The notes below the pieces were generated by a model. It was not told the DNA's origin. It ran no database searches and worked only from the letters and a program-made list of their open reading frames with translations. The translations under genes were made by a program, and so were the position numbers. Positions 51,779 to 62,285 of a stretch of 64,000 nt of DNA are shown one piece after another (the first letter of the stretch is position 1; each line of letters opens with the position of its first letter). Source of the DNA: an uncultured Desulfobacter sp. (GTDB taxonomy: Bacteria; Desulfobacterota; Desulfobacteria; Desulfobacterales; Desulfobacteraceae); the NCBI GenBank assembly GCA_963665095.1, contig OY762069.1, positions 2,656,001 to 2,720,000 of the forward strand, given 5' to 3'.

Positions 51779-52899
51779 AGGGGATAAACCGGACGGTGAG
51801 AGGAACTGGAGTGACAAAAATCATTTCCAAAGATACCTGCGGCACGCCTAAGGCTCTGGCGGACTACAAACACAATGCTCTCAGAAAAAAATGGTTGATG
51901 ATGGCGCTCGCGACCTCCACAGGCATCATTGCCATGGTCTCCATGACAATGGGGCCTGTGGATATCCCGGTGGGTGATATTTTTGCCGTGCTGGTTCACA
52001 AGATGTTACCAGGCATTTTGGTCCTGCCGGATGAGCTTGCCCAAAGAACCATCTGGTATATGCGGCTGCCCAGGCTGCTCATGGGACTTTGCGCCGGGTT
52101 CAGCCTTGCCGTGGCCGGGGCTGTGATGCAGCCGGTGCTCAGAAATCCTCTGGCGAGCCCTTTTACCCTGGGCATATCTGCTGGTGCCGGATTCGGGGCA
52201 GCCCTTGCCATTCTTTTCGGCAAAGGGGTGGGCGCCGGCACCTTTTTTGTAGTGATCAATGCCTTTGTCTTTGCCCTTTTCACCGCACTGGTCATCCTGG
52301 CTCTGGCTCGTTACAAAGGGGCCACCCCCGGGAATATGGTGCTGGCCGGCATAGCTCTGTCCTATCTGTTCAGTGCAGGCACCACCATGATGCAATATTT
52401 TGCCCAGTCATGGGCCGTGGCCGAGGTGGTCTTCTGGATGGTGGGAAGCCTTGCAAAGGCTACATGGAAAAGCCTTTCATTCATGCTGCCGGTGATGGCT
52501 GTGTGCCTGCCCTATTTGATGTACAAATCCCAGGCCCTGAATCTGATGAGCACCGGTGATGATGTTGCCGAAAGTCTCGGGGCAAGTGTCCGGTACACCC
52601 GGATGACGGTATTGACAGCGGCCTCTTTATTAACTGCCGCGACCATCTGCTTTACCGGTACCATCGGATTCATCGGCCTTGTGGGTCCCCATATTGCAAG
52701 AATGATCTTTGGCGGGGACAACCGGTTTGTCATACCGGCGTCAGGCATGATCGGCGCCCTTCTGCTCAGCGGATCAGACCTTTTGGCCATGAATCTCATC
52801 GCACCCACAGTTCTCCCCATAGGGGTCATGACCTCGTTCATGGGGGTGCCGCTGTTTATTTATCTGATTGTAAAAAACAGGAGTGAGTTTTGGGGATAG
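51754..52899 (+). CDS. FecCD/BtuC family ABC permease
   Basis: RLPR, RNPLASPFTLGISAGA and GFIGLVGPH. Confidence 0.93.
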   Translation: METKGKTLKGINRTVRGTGVTKIISKDTCGTPKALADYKHNALRKKWLMMALATSTGIIAMVSMTMGPVDIPVGDIFAVLVHKMLPGILVLPDELAQRTIWYMRLPRLLMGLCAGFSLAVAGAVMQPVLRNPLASPFTLGISAGAGFGAALAILFGKGVGAGTFFVVINAFVFALFTALVILALARYKGATPGNMVLAGIALSYLFSAGTTMMQYFAQSWAVAEVVFWMVGSLAKATWKSLSFMLPVMAVCLPYLMYKSQALNLMSTGDDVAESLGASVRYTRMTVLTAASLLTAATICFTGTIGFIGLVGPHIARMIFGGDNRFVIPASGMIGALLLSGSDLLAMNLIAPTVLPIGVMTSFMGVPLFIYLIVKNRSEFWG

Positions 52900-53669
52900 C
52901 ACTTAAAACAAACCATTTGAGCTTTGGTTATGACGGGGCATTGGTTCTTGATGATGTGACCTTTGAACTTAGACCTGAAGAAATCCTGGCTGTCATAGGT
53001 CCCAACGGTGCCGGAAAGTCCACGCTTCTAAAATGCGTGGACGGACTGCTCACATACAGAAAGGGATGCATTGAAGTGGACGGCAATAATATCAGAAAAA
53101 TTCACCGCAGGGCCCTTGCCCGGTTTATGGCATATGTCCCGCAAACCATGTCAACCATCTTCCCGTTCAAAGTGCTGGATATGGTTCTGCAGGGGCGGTA
53201 TCCCCATGGCCGGTATCGACGCAGACAGGCAGACCTTGACAAGGCGTTCAATGCCCTGGAGCTGATGGGGATTGCAGACCTTGCCATGCGGGACTTCCAG
53301 GGAATCAGCGGGGGCCAGCAGCAAAAAGTCACCATTGCAAGGGCACTGGCCCAGGAAGCAAGTATCCTCCTGCTGGATGAGCCTACCAGCAACCTGGATA
53401 TATTTCATCAGCTTGAGGTGATGGAGACCATCCGGTACCTGGTAAAACAAAGCGGCATCTCCGCCATGATATCCATCCATGACCTGAATCTGGCAGCTCG
53501 GTATGCCGACACCCTGATCATGCTGAAACAGGGCAGAATCATTGCAAAAGGAACGCCCTCTTTTGTTTTAACCCCTGAAAACATTGCGCGGGTATATAAC
53601 GTTGAAGTCAATATCAGCCATGCTGACGGCAGGCCCTGTATTGTCCCTTTAAAACCCATGATGAATTAA
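52890..53669 (+). CDS. FecE/BtuD family ABC ATP-binding protein
   Basis: GPNGAGKST, ISGGQQQ, LLDEPT and HDLNLA. Confidence 0.93.
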   Translation: MGIALKTNHLSFGYDGALVLDDVTFELRPEEILAVIGPNGAGKSTLLKCVDGLLTYRKGCIEVDGNNIRKIHRRALARFMAYVPQTMSTIFPFKVLDMVLQGRYPHGRYRRRQADLDKAFNALELMGIADLAMRDFQGISGGQQQKVTIARALAQEASILLLDEPTSNLDIFHQLEVMETIRYLVKQSGISAMISIHDLNLAARYADTLIMLKQGRIIAKGTPSFVLTPENIARVYNVEVNISHADGRPCIVPLKPMMN

Positions 53670-53697
53670 ATATTAGAATCAGTTAAAAGGAAAACTC

Positions 53698-54498
53698 ATG
53701 CTATACGAAATTTACAATCGGTTAATGGAACCGATTCTGCCTGATATGAAAATTGAAGCCTCCTGCCAGGGGCTGTGGTGGACCTGCGTGACAAGCCTCA
53801 TCGGGACTGGGATTGCCATGACCTACCAGGACCGTCTGGGTAAAACATGGCAAAACCCTGAAAATCTGCCTCTTCATGAGGTAGCCCAGTGGATTTATGA
53901 CTGGGATCTAAGAAAATGCACCTTTGCAATGGCAGCGATCAATGCCTGCTGGAATAACGCAGCCGCCCTGAAAAAAAACTTTAAAGGACGAGTAAAATAC
54001 AACAGTGCAATCCATACCGGGCTTACACAATTTGTCACGGAAAACCTGGCCCTGGGCAAAGTCGTTGTGTCGGTGGGCCATTTCCCTTTTCTGGACAGCC
54101 TTGAACATGACAATCTTTATATTCTGGAAAAAACGTCCCACCAGCTGAAAGACCTGCCGGACACAGCCTGTGAAGAGATCTTACCCAAAGCGGATATTGC
54201 GCTGATCACAGGGTCCAGTTTTGTCAATAAATCGGCGCCAAGACTTTTGGCCCTGGCTGAAAAGGCATATACTATTCTTCTTGGGCCAAGCACCCCCTTG
54301 TTCCCCGGACTGTCACAATTTGGTGTAAATAAAATCATTGGCGGTGGTCTTGTACTCAACGCTGAAGAGGTGCAGCGCATGGTCAGAAACAGTGCCGGTG
54401 GAGAACTTTTCTTTTCCAATGTATATTCCCGAGTGGAGATAGATTTTGATGCATCTTTGAGGGCAGACCCTAACCGGACTACAGATGAATTAGCCTGA
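53698..54498 (+). CDS. DUF364 (Rossmann-like) family protein
   Basis: MAAINA, VGHFP, ITGSSFVNKS and LGPSTP motifs. Confidence 0.85.
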   Translation: MLYEIYNRLMEPILPDMKIEASCQGLWWTCVTSLIGTGIAMTYQDRLGKTWQNPENLPLHEVAQWIYDWDLRKCTFAMAAINACWNNAAALKKNFKGRVKYNSAIHTGLTQFVTENLALGKVVVSVGHFPFLDSLEHDNLYILEKTSHQLKDLPDTACEEILPKADIALITGSSFVNKSAPRLLALAEKAYTILLGPSTPLFPGLSQFGVNKIIGGGLVLNAEEVQRMVRNSAGGELFFSNVYSRVEIDFDASLRADPNRTTDELA

Positions 54499-54857
54499 GA
54501 ATTCAGCTATTCCCATGACAGAGATGAAAGTTCTTGAGGATTAGTCGGAACTAGCGTATTTTGTTTTACTGGTTTAAGACAGACCGCTCCAGAAGGGCTT
54601 ATACAGGCGTTTGGAGCGCAACCGGATACAACACTTCCCCGCGCCTATCCGGGTAGACCCATGCTGTTGTAACAACAGTAACGCGGCCATGGTCTTTTAC
54701 CGGCTGATATACGCCCGCCTGCCCTGCTGCATGGCGCAGCATCCTTTTTGCAGGCCGACGCCGGATAACCATTTTTCATGCCGGTGAAACCATTTCGGGG
54801 ACATGATATGACAAGCCCGGATTGATCCCGGATGCCGGGCAATAAAACGAGGTTCTC

Positions 54858-56579
54858 ATGGCAAAAAAAATCATTATTATCGGTGCGGTGGCCCTAGGCC
54901 CCAAAGTAGCCAGCCGCCTAAGACGACTTGATCCCGACTGCGAGATCACCATCATTGACAGGGACAGCCTGATCTCATACGGCGGCTGCGGTATTCCTTA
55001 TTATATCGGCGGAGATATCGGAGAGATTGAAGAACTTTACTCCACCACGGCCCACCACATCAGGGATGCACAGTTTTTCAAAACTGTCAAAGGCGTTGAT
55101 GTCCTCACCCGGACCGAAGCCATTGGCATTGACCGCAGAAACAAACAGCTGAAGGTCCGTCATCTTGACGACGGGACTGAATCTGAAATAGCCTATGACA
55201 AACTCGTCATTGCCACAGGCGGCACCCCCTTTACCCCGCCCATCCCGGGCGCAGACCTGCCGGGTGTATACCCTGTGTCCAACCTTCACCATGCAAAAGC
55301 CATCAAGGACCTGATCAGCAAAGGGGCTGTGGGAAATGCTGTGGTCATTGGTGCCGGTGCCATTGGTGTTGAAATGGCCGAGGCCCTGACCGATCTTTGG
55401 GGCGTGGAGACCACCCTTGTGGAAATGGCCCCCCATATCCTTCCCACAGCCATTGGAACCAATATTGCTCTCATCGCTGAAAAAGAGCTCAGGGACAGTG
55501 ACGTAGATGTCAAAATCGGCGCCCAGGTGACGAAAATCCTTGGGGACAAAGAAAATGGTGTGACAGGAGTTGAGGTCAGCGGCGAAGTTGTTGAGTGTGA
55601 CCTTGTGGTCATGGCTGTAGGTGTTCGCCCCAACACAGGCTTTGCAGCAGAAGCAGGCCTGGCAGTTGGCCGGGGCGGCTCCCTGATCGTGGACAAAAAT
55701 TTAAGGACAACGGACCCTGATATTTATGCCGGCGGCGACTGCATTGAAATGCGCAACCTGGTATCCGGCGACAATATCCCCATGCCCTTAGGCTCCCTTG
55801 CCAACCGCCAGGGCCGGATCATCGCCACCAACATATTTGGTAAATCTGCCCAGTTTGACGGCACTGTGGGCACTTTCTGCATAAAAATATTCGGAATGGG
55901 CGTTGCCACAGCGGGCCTCACCCTTCACCAGGCAAAGCTGGCCGGATTTGACCCGATTCACTCCGTGGTGGCTCAGTTTGACCGGGCACATTTTTATCCT
56001 GACTCAAAATTCATGTTTATCCAGCTCATTGCCGACCGGACCACCCGCAAGGTTCTGGGCGTGGAAGCCATAGGCGAACAGATTGACGCGGTCAAAGCCC
56101 GTGTGGATGCCGTGGTGCCCCTGCTGCACAAAGGCATGGGCGTGGATGAGGTCTGCACCCTGGAAGTGGGATATGCCCCGCCCTTTGCCTCTGCCATGGA
56201 TGTCATCAACAATGCGGGTAATGTCCTGGACAATATCCTGGACGGCAGAAACACCCCCATTGACTGGCCTGAGTTTATTCAAAAGTTTGAAAAGGGCGAG
56301 ATCACGGTGGTGGATTTAAGGGAAGCTGTGGAAGCCCAGCCGTTCATCGACAAATACGGCGCAGACCGCTGGATTTTCCTGCCCCAGCAGGAGTTGCGGG
56401 AGCGCTACAATGAACTGCCAAAAGACAAGGAACTATGCCTGTTCTGCGGCACGGGCGCCAGATCCTTTGAATGCCAGTGCATCCTGAACCAGAAGGGATT
56501 CACCCAAGTTAAAAACCTCCAGGGCGGCTATGCCATTATACGGGTCACCGAACCTGATTTTATCCCTGAAGGGGCATAA
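54858..56579 (+). CDS. CoA-disulfide/persulfide reductase-type FAD oxidoreductase with C-terminal rhodanese domain
   Basis: SYGGCGIPY, GAGAIG, YAGGD, YAPPF; rhodanese loop FCGTGARS. Confidence 0.9.
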   Translation: MAKKIIIIGAVALGPKVASRLRRLDPDCEITIIDRDSLISYGGCGIPYYIGGDIGEIEELYSTTAHHIRDAQFFKTVKGVDVLTRTEAIGIDRRNKQLKVRHLDDGTESEIAYDKLVIATGGTPFTPPIPGADLPGVYPVSNLHHAKAIKDLISKGAVGNAVVIGAGAIGVEMAEALTDLWGVETTLVEMAPHILPTAIGTNIALIAEKELRDSDVDVKIGAQVTKILGDKENGVTGVEVSGEVVECDLVVMAVGVRPNTGFAAEAGLAVGRGGSLIVDKNLRTTDPDIYAGGDCIEMRNLVSGDNIPMPLGSLANRQGRIIATNIFGKSAQFDGTVGTFCIKIFGMGVATAGLTLHQAKLAGFDPIHSVVAQFDRAHFYPDSKFMFIQLIADRTTRKVLGVEAIGEQIDAVKARVDAVVPLLHKGMGVDEVCTLEVGYAPPFASAMDVINNAGNVLDNILDGRNTPIDWPEFIQKFEKGEITVVDLREAVEAQPFIDKYGADRWIFLPQQELRERYNELPKDKELCLFCGTGARSFECQCILNQKGFTQVKNLQGGYAIIRVTEPDFIPEGA

Positions 56580-56646
56580 AAGGAGTTGGACCGAATTAAC
56601 CAACTGGCCATAAAAGAAACCGTGTCAATAATACGGTAAGATAAAT

Positions 56647-56688
56647 CCTTAGACTGTCAGATATACAGCAAAAACTGACAGTCTAAGG
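56647..56688. terminator. Hairpin between convergent genes (likely bidirectional terminator)
   Basis: CCTTAGACTGTCAG / CTGACAGTCTAAGG 14-bp inverted repeat. Confidence 0.6.
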
Positions 56689-56698
56689 CGGTCGCAAA

Positions 56699-57520
56699 TT
56701 AAAACCCTGCTTCTTTTCTCATACCGGGGAAAAAGGCATTGGTTTTTCCGGTGATGTAATATGCGGCAAGACCAATCCATTCCCTTACTGCCCTGTTCAG
56801 CATGAATAAGTTGCCTGAAAAATCCAGCGTGGGTTTAAGACTCTTGTCCGGCCTGGTATGATGATCCACAGGAAAGGGGATCACCCTCCAGTTCAACCGG
56901 TTGAATATCCCCACGGATCTGGGCATATGGGCGGCAGTGGTCACAAGTATCCAGACCTGTCCCGGTTCCGGATGAACAAGAGCCTTTACATTCACCACAT
57001 TTTCAAAAGTATTGCGCGAGTTTCCCTCAAATTCCATGGACGAGACATCCACGCCTAAACTCTCAAACACCTGCCGGGCAGTATCAGCATCCCGGTAATC
57101 CTGATGGATCAGGCTTGCGGAGCCCCCCGCAAATATATGCCTGGCATTCGGATATATATACATCAGCCGAATAAAGGCCACATATCGGTCTGCAGACTTC
57201 TTAATCTCCGGTTGTTGCCACAGTTGGGTCTTCTCATTATCCTCAGCCCCGCCCAGCATAATAATCCCGTCTGCTTTTTCAGGGAGGTCCGGACTGCTGG
57301 GAAATCTATGTTCCAATGGATTCAGCAGCATGATACCCAGAGGACACACTGCGATCACCACCATAGCCAGGGACGCCACCCCAAGCAGAAACTTGGCCCG
57401 TCTCAATTTTCCTGCAAACAACCATACTGTGCCGGCCAGGATCAACACCATGAGGAAGAAATCCGGTTTAATCACCACCCATACCAGCTTGGACAGCCAG
57501 AAAAACAATGTATTGGCCAT
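56699..57520 (-). CDS. YdcF/ElyC (DUF218) family protein
   Basis: IIMLGG, SRNTFEN and LVTTAAHMPRS. Confidence 0.9.
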   Translation of the reverse strand: MANTLFFWLSKLVWVVIKPDFFLMVLILAGTVWLFAGKLRRAKFLLGVASLAMVVIAVCPLGIMLLNPLEHRFPSSPDLPEKADGIIMLGGAEDNEKTQLWQQPEIKKSADRYVAFIRLMYIYPNARHIFAGGSASLIHQDYRDADTARQVFESLGVDVSSMEFEGNSRNTFENVVNVKALVHPEPGQVWILVTTAAHMPRSVGIFNRLNWRVIPFPVDHHTRPDKSLKPTLDFSGNLFMLNRAVREWIGLAAYYITGKTNAFFPGMRKEAGF

Positions 57521-57626
57521 AGCCCCTCCCATTGGTTAAACCCTGAGGCATGAAAATCAAATATTTTTTAACTGGCTTCAATCTTACAGTTCCTAAAATC
57601 TTTTTCAACCGGACAGTACATTCTTT

Positions 57627-58841
57627 TTAAAAAATACCGGCCGTACTCTTTGTTGCGGTAACCACATAAACGGGATCCGACATGCGGGTTTTGCCGATAT
57701 GCCTGTCGGTGAGGGGACGCGGATATCCCCTCACCGACCAGGTGTCAACAGTGGTAAATTTTTTTGATGCTGCAAAAAAAGCCATGACCAGGCCCACCCG
57801 TTCAAATTCATGAAGATCTTCCCAGATCCGGATGGTCTTCTCAGGAAACCAGCGGTTGGAAAAGGAGACAATAAACCGTCCGCCAGGCTTGAGTACCCGT
57901 GCCACCTCTTTGAATACCTCCACCGGCCGGGTCAGGTATTCCACGGAAAGAGAACAGATCACCTGGTCAAAGGTTCCGGTATCATAGGGCAGTACTGGAG
58001 TTTCATTCAGGTCCCGGACCACAGCATCTGTCAGGTCCGAATTGTCGTTCATCTCATGGATGTTCATGCCAAGGCCTGCCACCCTTGAAAAACAGACACC
58101 CTCCGGCAGATGGGACTGCCAGCCGGCCATGAGATCGAGTACAGCATCGTTGCCGCACAGATATTTCCCATAAATTCCGGCCAGGTTTTCACTTGCCTGT
58201 CCGTCAATATGGGGCACCATGCGGTCCACTGAATAAAAAGCCGTGTCCCTCTCCTCATCTTTCCTGGCAAAGGGCAGCGTATCAATCCGGCGTGAAAACC
58301 CGTCAAAGGCCGACGCCTGGATGCCGGGGCCGTCCAGGGCCAGTTCCAGCCAGTCTGTGCAGGCCCCGCCCCGTTCACTGGCACCGATTCGGGTGTTCAG
58401 AAGCGTGCACTCAAGATCAAACGCCTTTTGGCTCAGGGGATGGTTAAAATCGGCGCTCAGGCAGGTGTCATTGATATCCGCCACCCTGAAGGGTATACGG
58501 TTGCCCTTGAATATGCCGGCCACCCCTTTCAGGATCTGCCGGGGGTAACAGCGGTTTACCCGGAGCTGCCGAGGGTCTGCCATGTCCACCCGGCTCAGGG
58601 GATGAACAAACACTTTTTTTGGGGAATATTCAGGCACCAGGCATCCAGGTTCAACATGAACGGTGACAGTGTCTTTATCATGCAAAGCCTTGCACACCTC
58701 TTCCAGCCGGCTGCCGGGGAAGACATCCCGGTAGAAATTAAAATCCTTTGCAAAATAGCATTCATTATGGCGGTGGTCTCTCTCCTGCCAGGAAATATTG
58801 ATCATCAGGTCAGCCAGATAACTGGGGCTAAAATCATACAT
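57627..58841 (-). CDS. Class I SAM-dependent methyltransferase with degenerate FKBP/SlyD-like N-terminal domain
   Basis: ADFNHPL; RMVPHID, VLDLMAGWQSHLP and RVLKPGG. Confidence 0.8.
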   Translation of the reverse strand: MYDFSPSYLADLMINISWQERDHRHNECYFAKDFNFYRDVFPGSRLEEVCKALHDKDTVTVHVEPGCLVPEYSPKKVFVHPLSRVDMADPRQLRVNRCYPRQILKGVAGIFKGNRIPFRVADINDTCLSADFNHPLSQKAFDLECTLLNTRIGASERGGACTDWLELALDGPGIQASAFDGFSRRIDTLPFARKDEERDTAFYSVDRMVPHIDGQASENLAGIYGKYLCGNDAVLDLMAGWQSHLPEGVCFSRVAGLGMNIHEMNDNSDLTDAVVRDLNETPVLPYDTGTFDQVICSLSVEYLTRPVEVFKEVARVLKPGGRFIVSFSNRWFPEKTIRIWEDLHEFERVGLVMAFFAASKKFTTVDTWSVRGYPRPLTDRHIGKTRMSDPVYVVTATKSTAGIF

Positions 58842-58952
58842 GATACACTCCGAAATAGGAAAAATGTCACTGATATGATAGGCATACCAGATCTTGGAAT
58901 AAGATCATCTCTTGGTGCCAGTTGTGTTACTGAATAATGAGACTGCCAATGG

Positions 58953-59052
58953 TGGTGCATCCGTAAAAAGTCCAATTTCAGCATTTTTTAATATAACCTA
59001 CTGAATTTATAAATACAGATTTTACCTTTTTCGACTTTTTGCGGAACCATCA
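58953..59052. mobile_element. MITE-like element, about 100 bp
   Basis: Imperfect 20-bp terminal inverted repeats TGGTGCATCCGTAAAAAGTC / GACTTTTTGCGGAACCATCA (16/20 match) around an AT-rich core. Confidence 0.5.
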
Positions 59053-59070
59053 ATGTTAAATTCAATTGAC

Positions 59071-59098
59071 AATTTAATTTTACTCTGACCCCAATTAT
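59071..59098. repeat. Single arm of the REP-like repeat
   Basis: 28 nt identical to 38125-38152. Confidence 0.85.
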
Positions 59099-59103
59099 AT
59101 TTA

Positions 59104-59136
59104 AATCCCGGTAAAGGTGGCACCTTTACCGGGATT
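59104..59136. terminator. Strong hairpin downstream of the small repeat protein gene
   Basis: AATCCCGGTAAAGGTG / CACCTTTACCGGGATT perfect inverted repeat. Confidence 0.6.
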
Positions 59137-59219
59137 GTTTTCTGTTCTTCCCTGGCTGCTTAACTGCAGCCTGTCTCAGAGGGGTTGCGAATATCAGGGA
59201 GCAAGGTTTCGGGAACTGT

Positions 59220-59417
59220 TTAGTTCTGGACAGCCACCAGGGAAATGCCAAGATTTTTTTCCAGGGACTGAATTTTATCAAGGCTTGCTTTTTCAAGTTC
59301 AGTGGGTTTGAAATCGTGACAGGAGAAAGCCAGCACGGTCACGCCTAATTCGGACTCAAGCTGTTTGATCTGTTCCACATCGGTTTCTTTTAAGTTTGAT
59401 GAAAGACTGCAAATCAT
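59220..59417 (-). CDS. Small 65-aa hypothetical protein with internal tandem repeat
   Basis: AAGGAG RBS before ATG at 59417; two L....I..LE..LG....A units. Confidence 0.75.
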   Translation of the reverse strand: MICSLSSNLKETDVEQIKQLESELGVTVLAFSCHDFKPTELEKASLDKIQSLEKNLGISLVAVQN

Positions 59418-59521
59418 GACATACTCCTTTTTTCTATAAATTAAACATGCATAGAATCTAAACAAAAAAAGATCCATGAACAAGAAGGGAAAAACAGCTG
59501 TTTAATGACGGGAAAAAACTA

Positions 59522-60385
59522 TCATTGTGTCAGGGTTTTCAAAAAAATACTCAAATTAGTGCCCCGATTCTTTAATCCCAGCTTGTCGCGCAGGTTGCGC
59601 CGATGAAAATTCACCGTTGTCAGGGAGAGATTCAGAAGATCTGCAATCTGTTTGGACGATTTATCCTCTTTTATCAGGGAGGCGATCTTCATCTCCTGGG
59701 GCGTGAGCACCTCCTCCACAGCGGAGAGCCGTCGCAGGAACGGGGAGGCAATCTGGTTGAGTTCAGACTCCACCAGCCGGATCAGCTCTGTGCCTGACCC
59801 CTGGGGGATCATGTCCTTTAACCGGTCGATATAGGGAAAAACCGTAAATTTCAAATTATTGAAAAAGATATACTCCATCTCTTTGATATCTTGGTCACGC
59901 TGACGCAAAATTGCCCGCAGCGCGGCATTGGCCTCCTCAAGGTGGGCAGATTTAAGTTCAAGCTCCTGCTCACGCTGTTTGATTTTCTGCTCCGCCAGTT
60001 TGAGATCCGTAATATTTTCATGGCTGATCACCACCCTTAAGGGATCTGATCCTGACGCCCGGATGGCCCTCATGTAAAACCATCGCTGCCGGCCCGGTGA
60101 ATGGCAGGGATAATCCATGACAAATTCGTCAAGTTCTCTTCGAATGACCCTCCGGATGCCATTGGCCACCTCCGGGCCTGTTCTGCTGTGGGAATCGTCT
60201 GCGGCATCGCAGATTTCAAGGTAGTTAATATTTACCATATCCGGACGCACATCAATATCGTTGGCCCGGGCAAACTCCCGCCACGCCCGGTTGGTCTCAA
60301 TAATCATGCCGGTTTCATCAATAATCGCAATGTGCGCGGACAATGAGTCAAGAATGGTTTCTGCATAAAGCGCATTCATTTTCAA
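59522..60385 (-). CDS. PAS-domain LuxR family transcriptional regulator
   Basis: ILDSLSAHIAIID PAS domain; LTPQEMKIA...TVNFHRRNLRDKLG HTH. Confidence 0.9.
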   Translation of the reverse strand: MKMNALYAETILDSLSAHIAIIDETGMIIETNRAWREFARANDIDVRPDMVNINYLEICDAADDSHSRTGPEVANGIRRVIRRELDEFVMDYPCHSPGRQRWFYMRAIRASGSDPLRVVISHENITDLKLAEQKIKQREQELELKSAHLEEANAALRAILRQRDQDIKEMEYIFFNNLKFTVFPYIDRLKDMIPQGSGTELIRLVESELNQIASPFLRRLSAVEEVLTPQEMKIASLIKEDKSSKQIADLLNLSLTTVNFHRRNLRDKLGLKNRGTNLSIFLKTLTQ

Positions 60386-60497
60386 GTGTACTCCGGAAAT
60401 TGTCCGCTATTCCGCCACTCCCGCATTGCCGCATACATCCCGGGCAGACCAGCCTGCTCCCCGGCCTGGTTCAGCCCGGCACGTTTCCCTGACATGT

Positions 60498-62285
60498 TTA
60501 TGACAGCTTAAACCCGGCCATCAACTCATTCAGCCTGGCAGCCAGTGCAGACAAGTCTTCTGCCGTATCCCTGACATTCGCGCTCCGGCCTGAAATTTCA
60601 CCTGACGCATGGCTGACCCCTGCTATATTTCCAGCCACTTCATCTGCAGTAGCGGCACATTGCCCGACATTGTCAGTTACCTCGGCAATGCCAAGGGAGG
60701 CCTGGGACACATTCTGGGCAATTTCCGCTGTGGCCTGGGACTGTTGCTCCACCGCGCCCACAATGGCACTCACGCTCTCGTTGACCGCGTTAATCACCCG
60801 GATAATCTCCTGGATACCCTCTGTGGTTTCCCTGGTAGAGCCCTGCATGCGCTCAATCTTCATCCGGATCTCAGTGGTGGCATCGGCTGTCTGATTGGCA
60901 AGCACCTTAATCTCATTGGCCACCACAGCAAACCCCTTGCCCGCCTCCCCGGCCCGGGCAGCTTCAATGGTGGCATTTAAGGCCAAAAGATTTGTCTGTT
61001 CAGAGATATCGGTGATGGTTTCCGTCACCTTTCCGATTTCCAGGGCTGCCGCGCCCAGTTCCGACACCTTTTTCGATGCCTGGCCGGCCTGGGAAACAGC
61101 AGTTTCAGTGACTTTTCTGGACTGCTCGGTGTTTTTCACAATCTCGCTGATGGTTGACGTCATCTCTTCAGCCGCTGCGGAGACGGAGCTGACATTTCCG
61201 GCAGTCTCCTCTATGGAGGCCCTGACACTGGCCATACTCACGCTCATCTCTTCTGCTGCCGCAGCAACTGAGACCGCCTGATCAGACGCCTGAGTTGACT
61301 CCTCCGACATATTTTTTGCAGCCTCAGTCAACTGCTCTGAAGAACCTGACAGCGTTACCACACCCTGGCTGATATCAGTTATCATCCCCCGCAGATTGCC
61401 AATCATCGTATTCATAGCCCGGGCCAGTTTCCCGGTCTCATCCTCACACTGAATATCAATCTCCCGGCTTAAATCCCCCCTGGCCATGACATTGGCGAAT
61501 TCAACCCCCTGAGCCAGCCGGCCGGTGATGGATCTTGCCACCAGAAAAAACACCAGCGCAGCCAGAACTGTGCCGGCGACAATTAAACCAACCGCCTTAA
61601 GAATTCTTGAACGAAGGGCCGCATCCGCCTCATCCAGGGACTGAATCACCTCAAAGGCACCGTGAATTTCCCCGGCTTTCCAGTTTTCAAATGGCCCACC
61701 GGTGGGATCCTTTCCATCGTCCCTGCCCCAAAGTGTTTTTGACTGCCCCGGGTCACCATGGCAGAGCAGACAGGATTCAGACAGGCGGATGGGCAAAAAA
61801 TACCGGAGCGCGTTGGCTTGTGTATCCACCACGTAATATTCATCCATCTGTTCCTGTTTGATTTTTTTAAGGGCCGGGGCCTCAATTTCATAGGATAAAC
61901 CATAATCAGGGGCGTTTTCAGGATTTCTTGGACTGAACTTAGGCACCCTGAAGACATAGTCTCCCTGCTTTGCCTTTCGCATGGCCGCTTTCCAGGCAGA
62001 CACCACCGGCACCGTAGCTAAAAGCTTATCTGTCTGGCCGGATTGGGCATACGCTTTCATCTCCTCCAGAGGAAAAAGTCCCAGCGTCCACTTATCCTCC
62101 ATTTCCTGACGCACGGACTCGCAGACCAGGCAAATGGACCTTGCTTTTTCCGCATACGCATCAATGGTTTCCACTCTACTGGACCGGACATAAAAAATAA
62201 GCAGCACCGCAACAAGAAGAATCGTTGTACCGATACCAACAGCCACAAATTTGATAAAAATCGGCAGGTCCATAATTCTTTTCAT
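60498..62285 (-). CDS. Methyl-accepting chemotaxis protein with periplasmic heme c (DUF3365-type) sensor
   Basis: [14 protein letters not shown] heme motif, HAMP and MCP signalling domain; ATG at 62285 after GGAGG. Confidence 0.92.
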   Translation of the reverse strand: MKRIMDLPIFIKFVAVGIGTTILLVAVLLIFYVRSSRVETIDAYAEKARSICLVCESVRQEMEDKWTLGLFPLEEMKAYAQSGQTDKLLATVPVVSAWKAAMRKAKQGDYVFRVPKFSPRNPENAPDYGLSYEIEAPALKKIKQEQMDEYYVVDTQANALRYFLPIRLSESCLLCHGDPGQSKTLWGRDDGKDPTGGPFENWKAGEIHGAFEVIQSLDEADAALRSRILKAVGLIVAGTVLAALVFFLVARSITGRLAQGVEFANVMARGDLSREIDIQCEDETGKLARAMNTMIGNLRGMITDISQGVVTLSGSSEQLTEAAKNMSEESTQASDQAVSVAAAAEEMSVSMASVRASIEETAGNVSSVSAAAEEMTSTISEIVKNTEQSRKVTETAVSQAGQASKKVSELGAAALEIGKVTETITDISEQTNLLALNATIEAARAGEAGKGFAVVANEIKVLANQTADATTEIRMKIERMQGSTRETTEGIQEIIRVINAVNESVSAIVGAVEQQSQATAEIAQNVSQASLGIAEVTDNVGQCAATADEVAGNIAGVSHASGEISGRSANVRDTAEDLSALAARLNELMAGFKLS

